DNA of 64,000 bases. Origin: Lama guanicoe (Eukaryota). The position numbers and the translations under genes were made by a program. Where the stretch lies: positions 3,619,371-3,683,370 of the forward strand of contig MU054338.1 in the NCBI GenBank assembly GCA_013239625.1, given 5' to 3'. The notes below the pieces were generated by a model. That model did not search any database. It was not told the origin of the DNA and saw only the letters and a list, made by a program, of their open reading frames with translations. The number at the start of each line of letters is the position of its first letter. The stretch's first letter is position 1. Shown here piece after piece: positions 13,320 through 27,600 of the stretch.

Positions 13320-13946
13320 AAAGACACATGCACCCCAGTGTTCATAGCAGAACTATGTACAATAGCCAAGACATGGAAACAACATAAGTGTCCGTCAATG
13401 GATGGATAAAGAAGATGTGGTATTCAACTAAAAAATAAAACTAAATAAATTAAAAAAAAAAAGATGTAGTGGCTAAGCATACATAGTGGAATACTACTCA
13501 GCCATGAAAAGGATGAGATCATGCCATTTGCAGCAACACGGATGGACCTGGAGATTGTCATACTAAGTGAAATGAGTCAGATGGAGAAAGACAAATATAT
13601 GATATCACTTATATGTGGAATCTAAAATATGATACAAATGAGCTTATTTACAAAACAGAAACAGACTCACAGACATAGAAAACAAACTTATGGTTACTAG
13701 AGGGGAAAGGGGGAGAGGGATAAATTAGGAGTTTGGGGTTAGCAGATACAAACTACTATATATAAAGTAGATAAACAAAAAAGTCCTACTATATAGCACA
13801 GGGAACTATATTCAATATCCTGTAATAAAGCATAAGGGAAAAGAATATGAAAAAGGAATATATACATGTGTAACTGAATCACTTTGCTGTCCACCAGAAA
13901 CTGACACAACATTGTAAATCAACTATATCTCAATTTAAAAAAGAAA
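13320..13946 (+). mobile_element. 5'-truncated LINE-1 (ORF2 end + 3'UTR + A tail) with TSD
   Basis: Typical L1 3' sequence (atgccatttgcagcaac...atggacctggag; gggaactatattcaatatcctgtaata); flanks aagacccccacagggtcca / aagatcccccaggggccca. Confidence 0.92.
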
Positions 13947-15824
13947 AGATCCCCCAGGGGCCCATTCACCTGACGAGAAGATTGAAGCAAGAGGATATTC
14001 AGTGCTTGCCCAAGGTCACATGGTGGCTGACTTAAGATTCAAACCCACCCAACCCCGAGGTCTGAGCCTTTCAAAGCCTCCAAGATCCCACTGTTGCTTT
14101 CAGAGGGAAGGGACAACAGATTTTCTTTCCATGTTGTGACAGGTTTTACTGGTGGCAGGTCTGCCCTGTTATTGCTGTGTGACCTTGAAAAAAGAGTTTG
14201 GCCTCTCTGGGTCTCAGTTGCCAGCACTGGAGGGGTCACTTGTGTCTCCCTACAAACTAACAAAGACAGAGAGAGACAGCAACAGAGGGACAAACCCCAT
14301 TAGGAGATGGGGAGGACCCAGAGGGTAGGAATTAGGTCTGCAGATCAGAAGGTTCCAGCAGTTTCCACAAGGGGAGGAGACAGCAAAGGAGGAGCCCAAG
14401 GCACTCAGGATCCAGAGCACAGGGGCCAGCAGCTGTCCACACCCAGGCTCCGTGATGGCCCTGCTGAGCAGTTTTAAGTATCGTTAAAGATAAAATAATT
14501 TTTCCCTCTCTGAGCTGTGTGATTGACATGGTGATGGGCCCTGCCGACAGGGGAAGGTCAGGCTGGAATGTAATCAGCCTTTTTCCCGAGTGATGCATAA
14601 AGATGATGGCGCAGCAGCTGAGCTGAGAAAGAGGGAGGGGCCGGAGATGGTCCCCAAACCCTCTGAGCTCTCAGCTGCAGGATTTGATGGGGCGACAGGG
14701 GCAGAGAGCACCAGGGGGACTTCCTGGAGGAGGTGTGGCTGCTGCTGGGATTGGAAAGAGAAGGCATTACAGGCAGAGCATACTGCAGAAGCAAAGGTAT
14801 TGGAATTGGACGTGTCTCTTCATGTATCTCTCCCACCTGATCTCACTGCATTAATCCCAGCTTCAAACCTTCCATGACTCTCAGCTACCCACTCCACCCC
14901 AGGGTTCAATCCTGGCTCTTTCCTTCTTTGCTGTGTGATCTTGAGTATGCCATCTCCCTCTCCCAGCCTCAGTCCCCTAATCTGTAAAACACAGTCTTCA
15001 CAGTACTTCCCCACCCAGTGGAAAGGTGCAAGAACTTAAGGAAAGGAACACCAGTATCAATGCTTTTGGCTGCAAGTAACAAGAAAAGCTAACTTAATTT
15101 GCTCCAACATTCAGAAATACTTTTCATCCAACAAAACATTAAGGTCTTTACTCAAAAGGCACCTCTTCCAAGAGCCTTCTCTGATCAATCCCTGTCCTCT
15201 CTCTCTCACCCTTGTTTACTTTTCTCCTTATTACTGATCACTCCCTGAGAGTATGTATTTGCTCATTATCTGCTCTCTCCTCCTCCAAATATCAGCTCCC
15301 GAGGGCAGGAATTTTTGTCTGTTTTGTTCACACAATCCCCACAGCAAACAGAAGGTGCTCATTAAATGCTTGTTAAACAAATGGGTGGTTTATTCATCCA
15401 AAGATGACTGATTCACTTATTTAAGAAAACAGTTTTGTATATTCCTCATAATATTGATCATGTTGCTCCTTGTGGTCCAAATTCATTGCCAAAGCACCAA
15501 CCATCACATCATTGTTCTAGCAGCAGGAAGGCAGAAGGGTGGAAGGACACAGGAGGTTTTCTCCATTGGACTGTCTTCTATATGGAGCCTTCCCAGAAGC
15601 CCCTGCCCAAATCTCACTGGCCAGAACTCAGTCACATGGCCACACCTCACTAGCTAGCTAGCTGCAAGGGAGCCTGGGAAATGTAGTCTTTAACAGAGTA
15701 CCATCCCCTCCTCTCCCATCAGCTAGCAATCTAGGTGAGGAAGGACGGGAGGACAGATGTTAGGAGGCAGGGGAACAGTGGGCATGCTCCTGACCCACAC
15801 GTCTGCCAATGCCGGTTAGCACTT

Positions 15825-16270
15825 GTATTAGTTTTCTCTGGCCGCTGTAACAAATTACCGCAAACTTCAGGAAACACAGTCAAACAACACAAACATAGTA
15901 CCTTACACTTACGGAGGTCAGAAGTCCTGCTTGGGTCTCACCGGGCTAACATCGAGGTGTCGGCAGAGCCGGCTCCTGCTAGAGGCTGTAGGGGAGAATC
16001 CATTTCTTGCCTTTTCCAGCTCCAGGAGGCCCCCTGTATTCCTTGGCCCTTGGCCACTTCCTCCGTCTTCACAGCCAGCAATGCCTGGTCAAGTCCTCTC
16101 ATGCCACCATCTCTCTGCTTCTCCCTTTCTTTCCTCCCCCTTTCAGTTTTAAAGATTACATTGGACCCACGGGGAACCTCCAGGCTAATCTCTCTCTCTT
16201 AAAGTCTGTTAAAGAAAAACTAGGAAACTTCACACCATCGGCAGCCTCAATTCCCCTTTGCCATCTAACA
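15825..16270 (-). mobile_element. MLT1 (D-like) LTR
   Basis: tgtattagttttct...gctgtaacaaattacc...gaggctgtaggggagaatccatttcttgccttttccagct. Confidence 0.8.
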
Positions 16271-18133
16271 AGGATTTACCAGGCTGTGGGGGTTACAATC
16301 TTCACCCTCCTGGGCCTCCCTGACTCCTCCTCACAGCCTCCACGAAGGAGAAAAGACCACTGTTCCATTGCCCAGATCAGAACACTGAGGCCCCCAGAGA
16401 TTGAACAACTTGCCCATGGCCCCCCAAGTCTCGTAAATTCCAAACGCTGGGATATGAACCCACAGCATGTGTGATTGCAAAGCTCCTGCCTCTTTAACCG
16501 CGAGGCTGTTTGTAACGGCAGCTGTGACTTGTACCATTGTAACTATCGTGATTATCACTTGAGGAGCATCTGCTGCGTTCGTCCCAGCCTCCAGGGCTCG
16601 CGCTTGAGCTGACCCTCTAGAGAAGCGTGTTATAAAGGAGAACACAGAGGCACAGGGAGCTCAGAGGCTGTTCCAAGGTCACTCAGTGTGTGGCAAAGCC
16701 AGAACCGAGCCCAAGTCCGCCTGCCAGTAGACCATTGCCCCCTCCCTCTGGGGAGAAAGGCACTGCCTAACAGAGGCCACGGAGGACTCAGGTTTTTGGG
16801 GTATTTTGGCAGCACCAGGGGCTCACTAAGTCCTTTCTCTTTCTGGCAGAGGCTGGGGCAGCAGCAGTCGGGGGGAAGCAGGCCAAGTGCTGAGTCTGCA
16901 ATGTGACATGTCTCTGCAAAAGCCACCAGCCACGTGGCCATGGAGGCCCAGGGCTCTGGGGACGATCAATCTCCCCCATCCCTCTCCCTAGCTACCACCC
17001 TCCCACCTCCACCCTGGCTCCCTCCATCTCTCCCTCTCCCAGTCTCTACCCAGCTTCCTGCATCCTGGAGGAAGCATCCTTCCAGGACCACTCAGGCGAG
17101 GGAGCTCAGCCCCGCAATTATGACAACACTCAGAGTCTGGATTCACCAGCCAGAGCGAGAGTAGAGGGGAGGAGCATGAATTGTGGGGTCCAGGGACAAG
17201 GTCCCCACCTCAGCTCCCCTCTAATGCTGGGCCAGCTAATTAATCTTGCTATGCCTCAGTTTCCCTGTCTGCAAAATGCGTTTGAGAAAAATAATCTGTA
17301 GCATAGGACTGACTTGAGGGTTATGTGAACTATGACAAGCACTTTGCATATCAACAGTAGACTCATCCTGTGTTAGACCATAGGAGATTTCAAGGTAGTC
17401 CGGGAAGGCTTCCTGAAAGAGGCAACATTTGACCTGGGCCTTAAATTATGAGAAGAGTAGGAGGGACTGGCAGAAGGTTGGGTGGACTGGCTTGAGTGAA
17501 GGCACGGAGGCTGGGAGTCAGAAGATTTTAGAGCACCGAGAGGAGAGTGTCTGAACCAATGAAAGTCCTCGAATGCCAGGCAGAAAGAGTTGGGACTTTG
17601 CTCCAGGTAATAGGGAGCCATGGAAAATTCTCCAGCAGGAGGGTGAGAGCATCAATGCAGCTATGATTTTAGGGTAAAAAGCCCAGCAACAGGTCTGGAC
17701 AAGTCTAAAGACCAAATCTCCAAGGCAGAGCCCACCAGGCATCCCCCACCCCACCCTTGGGGTGCCTGGGGCTAAGCAGTGACTCAGTGAGGCATCTGGG
17801 TGCTCATAAGGGGAAACTGAGGCACAGAGCTGGTCACTAACTGGCCCAGGGTCACTAGACAGGCCAGTTCCAGGGATAGGATTTGAACCCACACAGTCTG
17901 GCTCTGAGAGCCCATCTCTAAATGCTCTGCAGGAAGGGCTTCTACCTGCAGTACAAAGCTCCAGCCCTAACACAGCTCCCTTGGCTCTCCTGTCCCTAAC
18001 ACCTCTCAGGTGTGAGAACTGATCCCCTCCCATGTCACCTTCCAGCCTCTGGGCACAACCAAAGCGGTTCTGTAGTTAGAGAGGCTCTACTGATCACACA
18101 CACATACACACACAGAGATCACTACCTGGTGCC

Positions 18134-18510
18134 TGATGTGGGCTGAATTGTGTCTCCCCAAAATTTGTATGTTGAAATCCTAACCCCCAGGACCTCAGGA
18201 TGTGACTGTATTTGGAGATGGGGTCTTTACAGAGGTAATTAAGTTAAAATGAGTTCACAGGGATGGCCCCAATCCAATATGACTGATATCCTTGTAAAAG
18301 GAGATTAGGACACAGACACACACAGAGGGGGACTATGTGAGGACACAGGGAGAAGACGGCTGTCTGCAAGCCCAGGAGAAGACACCAATCCTGCTGACAC
18401 CTTGTCTCTGACTTATCTCTAGCCTCCAGACATGTAAGAAAATACATTTCTGTTGTTTACGCCATCCAGTCTGTGGTACTTTTTAATGGCAGCCCTAGCA
18501 AATTCATACA
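18134..18510 (+). mobile_element. Complete MLT1 (MaLR) solo LTR with 5-bp TSD
   Basis: TG...CA termini flanked by GTGCC/GTGCC; core gggctgaattgtgtc...gaggtaattaagttaaaatgag. Confidence 0.9.
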
Positions 18511-18944
18511 GTGCCCAGGAGACCAGCTTCACCAGCTCCATGTCTTCAGTAGTCAGGTCTCTTTGGTCTGTAGTGACAAAACAAACAAACAAACACTTGA
18601 CTCAGACTGACTTAAGCAAAAAGGGAGCTACTGTAACAAAATATATGGCTTCAGGCACAGTTTGATCCAGGTGCTCAAATCATGATAAGACCATCTGCTT
18701 TCCCCTCTACTAGTTCCATTCACAGGCAGGTGCTTACCACATGGTGCTTAGATAGCTCCGAGGAAGAGCAGGTTCCTAATAACTCACTAATCCCTGAGGA
18801 AATAGTGTCGTTCCCCACTAAATCCAGGAAATATTCAGGAGTTCATTCTGATTGGGCCACCTTGGGTCATGGTGGGTAACCCTGAGCTAATCATTGGAGC
18901 CAGAGCTTCAGAATCTGCTGATTGGCCAGCCCTGGGTGTTCTTT

Positions 18945-19270
18945 ATTGGGATCCCCCAGAAAGAGACTCTGAGGCAAGGGTGAAGGGGGCCAAGTAGTTT
19001 ATCTGGAAGGTGACCCCAGGAAGTACCAGGAGGGGAGAGGAAAGTGGGGTCTGGAAGGGAAAGAGCCAGCACAATGGGGATTGATGAGCAGGTGGCTGCG
19101 GGCAACTGGGACCCAGCGGGGGCCTCGAGGACACTGCATAGTACATGGCTTGGAGTTATCTCAACAGAGGGACACAGAAACTGCAGTATCTATCCACCGA
19201 CTTCCCATCAGCAAAGGCTGAGGGCTGCAATAACTCCCTTTTCTTCTGGCCTGGCCTGCCCATGACTAAT
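18945..19270. mobile_element. ERVL LTR16-like remnant
   Basis: cccccagaaagagactctgaggcaagg...agtagtttatctggaaggtgaccccaggaag resembles the LTR16 family. Confidence 0.55.
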
Positions 19271-20224
19271 TGAGCTCCAGCAGTCAGAAAAACAGCTTCA
19301 AAAGAGATGGTTGCATGTGTTCACAGTAAGCAGGCTTTGCACGCAAAGGTGAGTTCAAGAAGCAATCAGTGGGGTGGCTGCACTGGGTCGCAGCCTGTCT
19401 CCCTGGAGCCCAGGTTGAAGCCAACTCTGCCTGAACCTCATGAACCAAAGTCAAGATAGGGGAGGTCCCCCCAGGAAAACCTAAGGCACAGTTCCAGAAA
19501 AAGGGAGGGTGCAGGAGAGGCTAAAAAGCCAAAAATGATCTAAATGGAATCAGGTTGCCTTCATTCTTCGCATGAATCTCATATGTTCCCGCTGGCTGCC
19601 TCCTGACATTTCCTCCAAACTGTCCAAGATCCTCAAGCGCCTCATCAGTTAAAAGAGGCAATCATGCTTTCAATCCTTAGACGGAGAGAGGACCAGGTGG
19701 TGGAAAGGACGGGGCCATTCCTGCTGTTACTTCTCTAGTTTCCACAAGGTGTCGCTGTTGAACAACGGGCTTGCACAGTTTTGTCCGCTTTTCCCTTGCT
19801 TGTCCTCGCGAAGCCAGATCGTTGCATGGGCTCCAGTGGAACACCAACTTGCATCCCTAAGATTAAAGTCATTTGATTTACACTGATTTACACTCAGTCA
19901 TTTGATTGAGTTCAGACTTCAATCACCAAGCTAGACAGCAAGACAGGGGAAGTGAATGAGGCAGGGCCTCCAGCCCTCATCACACTTTGCACTAGAACCA
20001 ACCAGCTTCTTCCCCCAACTCACCCCCCGAATTCCTTTATAACTAAGTCCCCACTGGGACACCACCAAGTGTCCTTTCCTGCCTTTACATCTCCCTCGGG
20101 GCCACCTCAACCCACCAGAGAGAACCTCAGAAGGGAAAGGAAAAGAGCATCAGTCTCTTTGCTCCCATGAGTTCCACCTCATCCCCACTGGCCCGCTCTG
20201 CACATCAAGGAGTTTGAGGAGAGG

Positions 20225-20730
20225 TGTATTAGTCAGCTATTGCTGCATAACAAACCGCTCCAAATGCAGTGGCTTAAACCAACACTAATTTATTATCTCA
20301 CAGGTTCTGGGAGTCAGGAGTCCAGACACGGTTCAGCTGGTCCTTCACCCCAGGATTTCTTGCAAGGCTGCAATCACAGTGTCAGCTGAGGCCACTGGAA
20401 CAGGGTCTGCTTCCAAGTCCAAGAGGCCTCGCATGCTTCTGCTCACTCTCTTGGAGCCCAGCTGCCATGCAGATAACTCCAGTCTGGTCTGTCGTGGAAG
20501 AAGTCCATGGAAGAAAGCCCAGTTGTCCCAGCCAACAGCCGGCTGACCCCCAAAGGAGGGAGCTCGGCCAAGATTTGCAGAGCTGCCTGCAACCCCAAGC
20601 TGAGTGAGGAGGCAGGAATGAGCCTGATTGAGACCAGGAGAACCACTTGGCTAATCTGTAGACTAATGAACAAAAATAAAAGCTTAGTTCTTTCAGCCAT
20701 TAGACTGGGGGCTGGTTGGGCAGATCCAAT
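20225..20730. mobile_element. MLT1 LTR remnants
   Basis: tgtattagtcagctattgctgcataacaaac...gtggcttaaac. Confidence 0.7.
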
Positions 20731-21525
20731 CTGCTACAGCATCATCGTCATCCCCCACAATGCTGGGCAACCATTTAAATATGAATAAAACTAGGAGGAA
20801 TCATTCAAGTGACTCTCCCTAAATAAAGAAGTTCTACTTCATGGAGTTTAGCTGTCCTGACTTGACAAAGGAAATGTGGCTGGCAGCTTCTCCTGATTAA
20901 AAAATGTGACGTTCCACCTCACCAGGATCCCAGCACCCTCCTTTTCTGCCTGCCTTCCCCGGAAGGCTCGGGAGAGAGGCTCCTCTTCCAGACTTGCAGG
21001 CTGGACCGGAGGCTGGCCAGGGCCTCTCAGGACCTTTGGCTGCCCTAAATGGGACCCCTCCCTGCCAGCCTAGTCCCAGCTGCTTGCTCTAGAGGCTCCC
21101 TAAGGATCTGCTGGTTTTTCTTTCCATCATCCAACACTCTGTCAAGAAGGAAGAATACATGCTGGGTGGAGGATGGCAGAGCTGACTTGGGAAAGCCTCA
21201 CACCTCAGTACCGCAGTCAGACAGCAAGACAACTTGTGTTCCAAACTTGGTTGTGACCTTGGGCTTGTCACAGTCCAGGAAGGTTTGTTAAATACCCACT
21301 CCCCTGACCGTTGCAAAGTCCCCTGGATTTCCTCCAAGTTCTGGCAACTGATGGCACTGCTGAGACCTGCCCCCAGCATGTCCATTCTCACTGGTCAATG
21401 CCACAGCCGTACCTGTAGCTAAATATGTTTAATATCACCCCAGAAAGCAAGGGCTCTCAGCCGAATAGCTCAGGGGTCAAGAGAAAAAACTCTGGAGTTA
21501 GACCTGTGTAGAAAGCTTAGAGGCA

Positions 21526-21603
21526 GGGAGGGACACAGCTCGGTGCATACTTAACATGTATGAGGTCCTAGATTCAGTTCCTAGCACCACCATTAAAAAA
21601 AAA
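21526..21603 (+). mobile_element. Degenerate tRNA-Ala-derived SINE
   Basis: Same family with an internal deletion; poly-A tail. Confidence 0.75.
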
Positions 21604-23083
21604 GGAAAAGGAAAAGAAAGAAGGATTAGAAAAAGTGAAGAGGTAAATAAAGGATGGGTTGATGATCCTTCCACACCACAGAGCCCTGCACAACTGTACG
21701 AAAGAATGAGGACTCTCACGCCAAGATACTTTGTTAAGATTTTTTTTTTAAAGCAAGAGTAATAGATACAGAGTTTCTGTTTGGGATGTTAAAACCCTTT
21801 CTGTGGATGGATGGTGGTGATGGTTGCACAACGGTGTGAATTACAGTGATTCAGATGGCTGAGTTTCATGCCATGGATGTCTGGTTACAATTTAAAAGTG
21901 GGGTGAGGGGAGCGGAAGGAGAGGTTTTACCTCTCAAGGGGTGACCCCACCTTGTGCTACCCACACGGCGGTCCCTCACAGGAGGCTTAGAAGCAACATC
22001 AGGGGCCATTTTAAAGAATGTGAGATCCAGAGAGGGTGGGGAGTTGCCCAGAACCACACAGCAAGGGGGACGCACAGCCAGAACTTAAGACTCCAAAGGG
22101 GCCGGAATGAGTAAGACAATCCCACACGAGCTCTCTCCAGGGAGCAGCTGATTTCGCTTAAGCTACTGGGGGGCGGTGGGAAGACAGAATGAGGAGGAAG
22201 CGTCTTCTATCCTTGGGGGAGCCATGGGAATCCCTCCCTGGGGAGAGGTGCCCGCTGGTGAGAACGTCCCTGGTAAGTCTCTGATCACAAGACTAGATGA
22301 TTTCGTTATTGTCTGCAAAGCTCTCGAGAGGGTTGGCGCTTACAGATAATCACCTGTGACACAGGGCACTGGAGTCATCAGGGATCTCAGAGGCTGCTCA
22401 GATGGAGGGGCCAAGGAGTCAGGGCCAGGAGGATGCTCAAGAATGGCCCCAGCCATCACCTTCGTGCGGAGAAGGGGGCTCGGGAATCAGAGAAGGGGGA
22501 GCCTGCCTGAGGTCACACAGCCACGGGGCAGGATCCCCCTGCCACAGCCACCCATGGTAAGCCTGGGGCGAGTCCTGTCCCCCTCTGCCCACAGCCCTCC
22601 AGGACTCCCACCTCCCCGGGGTAGAAGCCCACATCCTCCCCCAGCCTGGAAGGACCGGCAACCCGGGCACTTCGCAGATGCTCAGGAAAAAAAATAAAGG
22701 ATTCCATGTCAGCTAAATGGGCAACTTGAACACATCTGGGATCTGAAAGGAGCTTCTAGGCCACGGTCTCTGCTTGCACTCCTCTCTGGATGGGTAGCTT
22801 ACTACCTCCCAACGCTCCCATTTCATCTCTGAGCTGTTCTGATCATTGGCAAGGTTCTCTGCAAAATCTGGGCTGAGTTTTGTGCCCTGAAGTGTATGTG
22901 TGTGTGTGTGTGTCCTCTTCTCTTTTTGTCTCTGTGTTTCTGTCTCTGGGTCTCCATGCTGTTCAAAGTCACACGGATACACAGATACTGACACAGCTTC
23001 TCAGCCCTGAAAGAAAATTGCCAACCACCCCAGCAGCAGAATAATTGAATCGGTGGGCGGCCAGGAGGGAAGCAAGTGTGAGG

Positions 23084-23272
23084 NNNNNNNNNNNNNNNNN
23101 NNNNNNNNNNNNNNNNNNNNNNNNNNNNNNNNNNNNNNNNNNNNNNNNNNNNNNNNNNNNNNNNNNNNNNNNNNNNNNNNNNNNNNNNNNNNNNNNNNNN
23201 NNNNNNNNNNNNNNNNNNNNNNNNNNNNNNNNNNNNNNNNNNNNNNNNNNNNNNNNNNNNNNNNNNNNNNNN
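23084..23272. other. Assembly gap (189 N)
   Basis: Run of N. Confidence 1.
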
Positions 23273-24545
23273 TCTGAATTTTCAGAACCACTTGGCAGGG
23301 CCTGGATGGGGGCCTTCACCAAGGTCCACTGCCAGGGGCAGCCACCTCATCAAGGCGAGATGCACTACCAGTCATTCATTCATTCACACATCCCCTCATC
23401 CCCCACCCACCTACCCACACCCCCACCCATCCACTCACTCATCCATCCTCCCACCCCCCACCCCATATGCCCCACTCACCCACTCATCCATTCATCCATC
23501 CATTCTTTCACTCACCCACATGCAGGCCGACCATTCAACAAACACTCACGAAGCCCCTGCTGAGCGCCCCTTTCTGTGCTGGGTGCTAGAGACACCGGGA
23601 TCATAATGACAGCCGAGGCCCCTGCTCAGCTGGAGCTTAGCATCTAGTTGGGTAGATCAGTATTAAACAAACAATTGAATAAACCACTCCATCACTGAAA
23701 CTGTGACAGTTCCAAAAGACACGCTCAGGCTGCTCTGGTATGTATGATGCAGGGGAGGAGGCTACTTAGACTGGGGGGCTGCGAAAGGGCTCGCGGGGGA
23801 ACTGTGTGGCAGGCAGAGGGAACAGCATAAGCAAAGGAGAGGACGGTATCCAGTGTCCGGTTCAAGGACAGGCAAGTAAAGTCGACCCTGGACATGAAGT
23901 GGGGACCCTGGATGAGAAGTGGGTTGAAGGGGAAGCTACTGACCCCAGATTGGGTGCTGTTGGGGCGTGCCCAGGGCAGAGGGACCACACCAAACACAGG
24001 TGACAGGGAGGCAAAGTAGATGAGAGATAAGTCAGAAACCAGGATGGAGGCATCTCGCAGCCCCTTTGCCAGATGGAGAACTTATGGTCCATGGGTCGTG
24101 GGACCCTGCCTTCCACCCAGGCTCCACCTAGGACTGCTCTGTCCCCTTCCTCATGTTGGACAGCCCTGAGGACCATGGAGGGAGGCCTTTAGTAGCTAGT
24201 TTCTGATCCCTGCCCGGCCAGCTCTCACTGGTCAAGCCACACCCCTAATTCAGCAGCCCCCACGTTCTCAGCTGTGAAGTGCGAACATTTCACCTACTCT
24301 ATGAGGCCGGGGTGGGTAGTGTTGAGGCCAAGATGACCACAACAAGATGTTATTGTGTTCTCTACACCGTGAGTAGCACAGCCTCCTGGCCCCTGCATTA
24401 TTCATTCATTCATTCATTCATTCATTCAATCAGCAAATGTTTATTGAGTGCCCAGGCACTGTTCTGGGTGCCGAGGACATAGCTGTGAACAGAACAGATA
24501 TGGTTCCTCTGTCCTCCAGGAGCTGATATTAAAGTAGAGTGAGAT

Positions 24546-24636
24546 GGGGGAGGAGATATAATAGCTCAGTTGTAGAGTGTGCGCTAACATGTACAAGGTT
24601 CTGTGTTCAATCCTCAGTACCGCCATTAAAAAAAAA
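24546..24636 (+). mobile_element. tRNA-Ala-derived SINE inserted into an L2 remnant
   Basis: TAGCTCAGTTGTAGAG...GTTCAATCC...poly-A; short TSD agtgaga. Confidence 0.82.
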
Positions 24637-27600
24637 GTGAGACAGAATAACACACAAATGTTTAATTTCAGAAAGTAGTAAGAATTATAAAGCAAAGAAA
24701 GAGGACAGAATTGATCTGGGCAAGAGGCTTGTTCTCTGGGGCCGTCAGGGAAGGCTTCCCTGAGGAGGTGACGTGTAAGTTGAGGCTGCTGGGCAGAAGA
24801 ATCAGTCTGGCCAAGAGTTTTGGGAAAAGCATTCCAGGCCACAGGAACAGCAAGTGCAAAGGCCCTGAGGCAGAACCAAGTTTGGTATTTTAAGAATCAG
24901 CTCCGTTTCTGCAGCTAGAGTGTAGGGAGAGGGAGGGAGGGAGAAAGGGGTCCACGCCCCCTGACCGCCCATCCTCAGCATTGGCCTGTTGCAACTCCAT
25001 ACCCTTAACTTACCTGGCCTTTTTTTCTCTCTCCAGCTGTCAGCTTCCTAACTATGGGAATTTCTTTCCTTCTGGCCTCTCTGTTCCCTGCTCAGCTTCC
25101 AGAGCTTAGAACAGTGCCAGACACACAGCAGACTTTCCATGCAAAATTTTGAATGAATGAATGAATGAATGAATGAACAGACATCGTTCCCATGGGAAGG
25201 GCTGGTGGGAAGGCAATTAGAGCCTCTGTCCACTTCAGGAGGCCCCTTTAGGAGGTCAGAACTGAGAGAGATGGGGTCAGGGCCTCCCTTGATTACTGAG
25301 ATTCTAATTAACTCCAGGGCCAAGAGGGCTGCCCTGCTCGGAGGAATTCGAGATAAGTTTGCATCCAAGTGTTTGAGCAGGGGCTTCAGCAGGGAGGGAC
25401 ATAGGCAGGTAATTGGTTTTGCAAATAAATCTGGTTCTTGAAATTTGTAGATTAGCAATAATACGTCTCCAGATGAGAGAGAAAGGTCACGGATGAATAA
25501 AACAACAATTAAACTTTCAGGAGATTATTAAACTAAACAGAAGCCTGGCACGGGGCGGCCGAGGGAATAGGGAGCGAGGCAGGGAAGGTGGAAGGGGTCT
25601 AGGGTGGGGAGGTGGGCAGCCCCCAGGAGTTGGTTGATGCCGTCACCTTACTGCCTTGTGGGAGCACGGTTTGTATGTCAGGCCCCAGGCACCATGGGAT
25701 ACACCCAGGTCAGATCTCAGGATCCCCCATCTCAGTAGGAAACACTGAGGTCTGAGGAGGGATAGGCAGATGCCCGAGGCTGCCCAAGGCAGGATTCGAA
25801 CCCAAGACCAACTTTGCACTGTCCTGGGTGGCAGCAAGCCTCATGTCACGGGGGCAGGAAGAGAGAGGGATGAAACCTCCCTCCGAGGCCTCTCGGCTGT
25901 GGGACCCAGACTGTCCCTTCCGCTAACTGCGCCTCAGTCTTCCCACACCTCAGAAATTGGGGCAAAGAGCATTTGATGTGTGATTTTAAATTTGCAAATG
26001 TTTCTGTTCTTGTGTGGCAATTAAATGTGGCACAGCCGCTAATGGATCGGGCACCGTGCCTGGCATGGTGGGGGTGCCCCTCTGGTCATTCTGGACTCCT
26101 GGCTGCAAGCAACAGAAATGTACTCCAGGAAACATAAGCAGAACTGAAATCTATAGATAACTCTTGGAGTGGAAGGGGAAGCCAGAGAAAGATGGTCAGC
26201 CGGGGAACACGACCATACTTTGCCCCTCACTAGCACATGACCTTGGGTAAATCCCTCCTTGAGACCTCAGTTTCTACTGCTCTAAAAGGGGGAATCAGTG
26301 TGCCTGCTTTATTTAGTCCACGTGTGAAATATTTCCTGAGCCCCAACAGAGCGCCAGGCACTGTCCTGGGCGCTGAGAGTGCAGCTGAGAGCAAAACAGG
26401 CAGAAATCTTCGCCCTGATTGAGCTCAAAACCTAATGAGGGAGATGGACAATGAGCAAACAAATCAGCAGTCTTTAGGGTTTTAGAGAGTGCTGAGTGCT
26501 AGCAAGAAAATTAGGGCAGAGAAAGCACCGGGAAGGAACAAGAATTGGGGAGGGAGGGCAGGTTGTAATTTTAAACAGGATGTTCAAGGAAGGCCTCTGA
26601 GAAGGTGACATCTCAGCAGAGATTGGAAGCCATGGAGAGATCTAGGGGAGAAGCAATCCAAGCAGTGGGCCCAGCACATGCAAAGGCCCTGGGACAGGAC
26701 TGTGCCTGGCATGTTGGCTGAACAACGAGAAGACCTGTGTGTCTGGAGCAGAGTGACTGAGAGTAGAGGGAGGGAGGAGATGATGGCAGGTAGGGGATGG
26801 GGGCAGGGGGTGAAGGTCTCCTTGTCCAGAGGGCAAAGGTCCCCATGCTAGGGTCACCGAAACAGTGACAAACATTCACTCCTCCTTCCCAACTCATTCA
26901 GTGGGCAGAGGTTATGGGCCTGTCCCCAGTATTTATTCTCTACTTTCTCCTTTAGAAATAGAACCTTCCCAGGTAAAGACTACATTTCCCAGCCACCCTG
27001 AAGCTCAGTGTGACCATTTGACCATGTGGTGGACAATAGGATGTCCATCTGGAAGGTGGCTGTGATGGCAGGGGCTACAGCAGTCATTCTTGTCCACAAG
27101 ATGGAAGTTTGGCTGAAGAGGCAGAACAACAGAAGCCTGGATCACTGGTGACTGTGGAGCCACCATTGCAACATGGGCCAATGCCCAGACTGTGAAGACA
27201 GGCATCATTTAAGCCATGGTCGTACGATGCCATGGTCCTGGTTCCACAGATCTCCAGTAAGCAAGCTGAGCACTGTCCCCAGACATCGTCTCATCTCTGC
27301 TAACACTCCTCTGCCGAAATCTGCCCTTCACTTCCCCTCCCCTCCCGATTTCCCTCCAACTCTGCTCTTGGCCTCCTAGCTCTTGCTACAACCAAGCTGT
27401 GCCATAACAAATGTGCCACTGTGTGGCCAGCCCAAAAACTGTCCTTCTTGGCTCTGGAAATCCTGCCCATCTGAGACTGCCCACTGGTTCTCCAACGGAC
27501 TTAGTTTTATTCCAAGATATTTTCATGGATGTCCATCTTTCCCTATATCCTCTTCACCTTCATATCTCCCTCTCCCTTCCAGATCTTGGCGGCTCCACCA

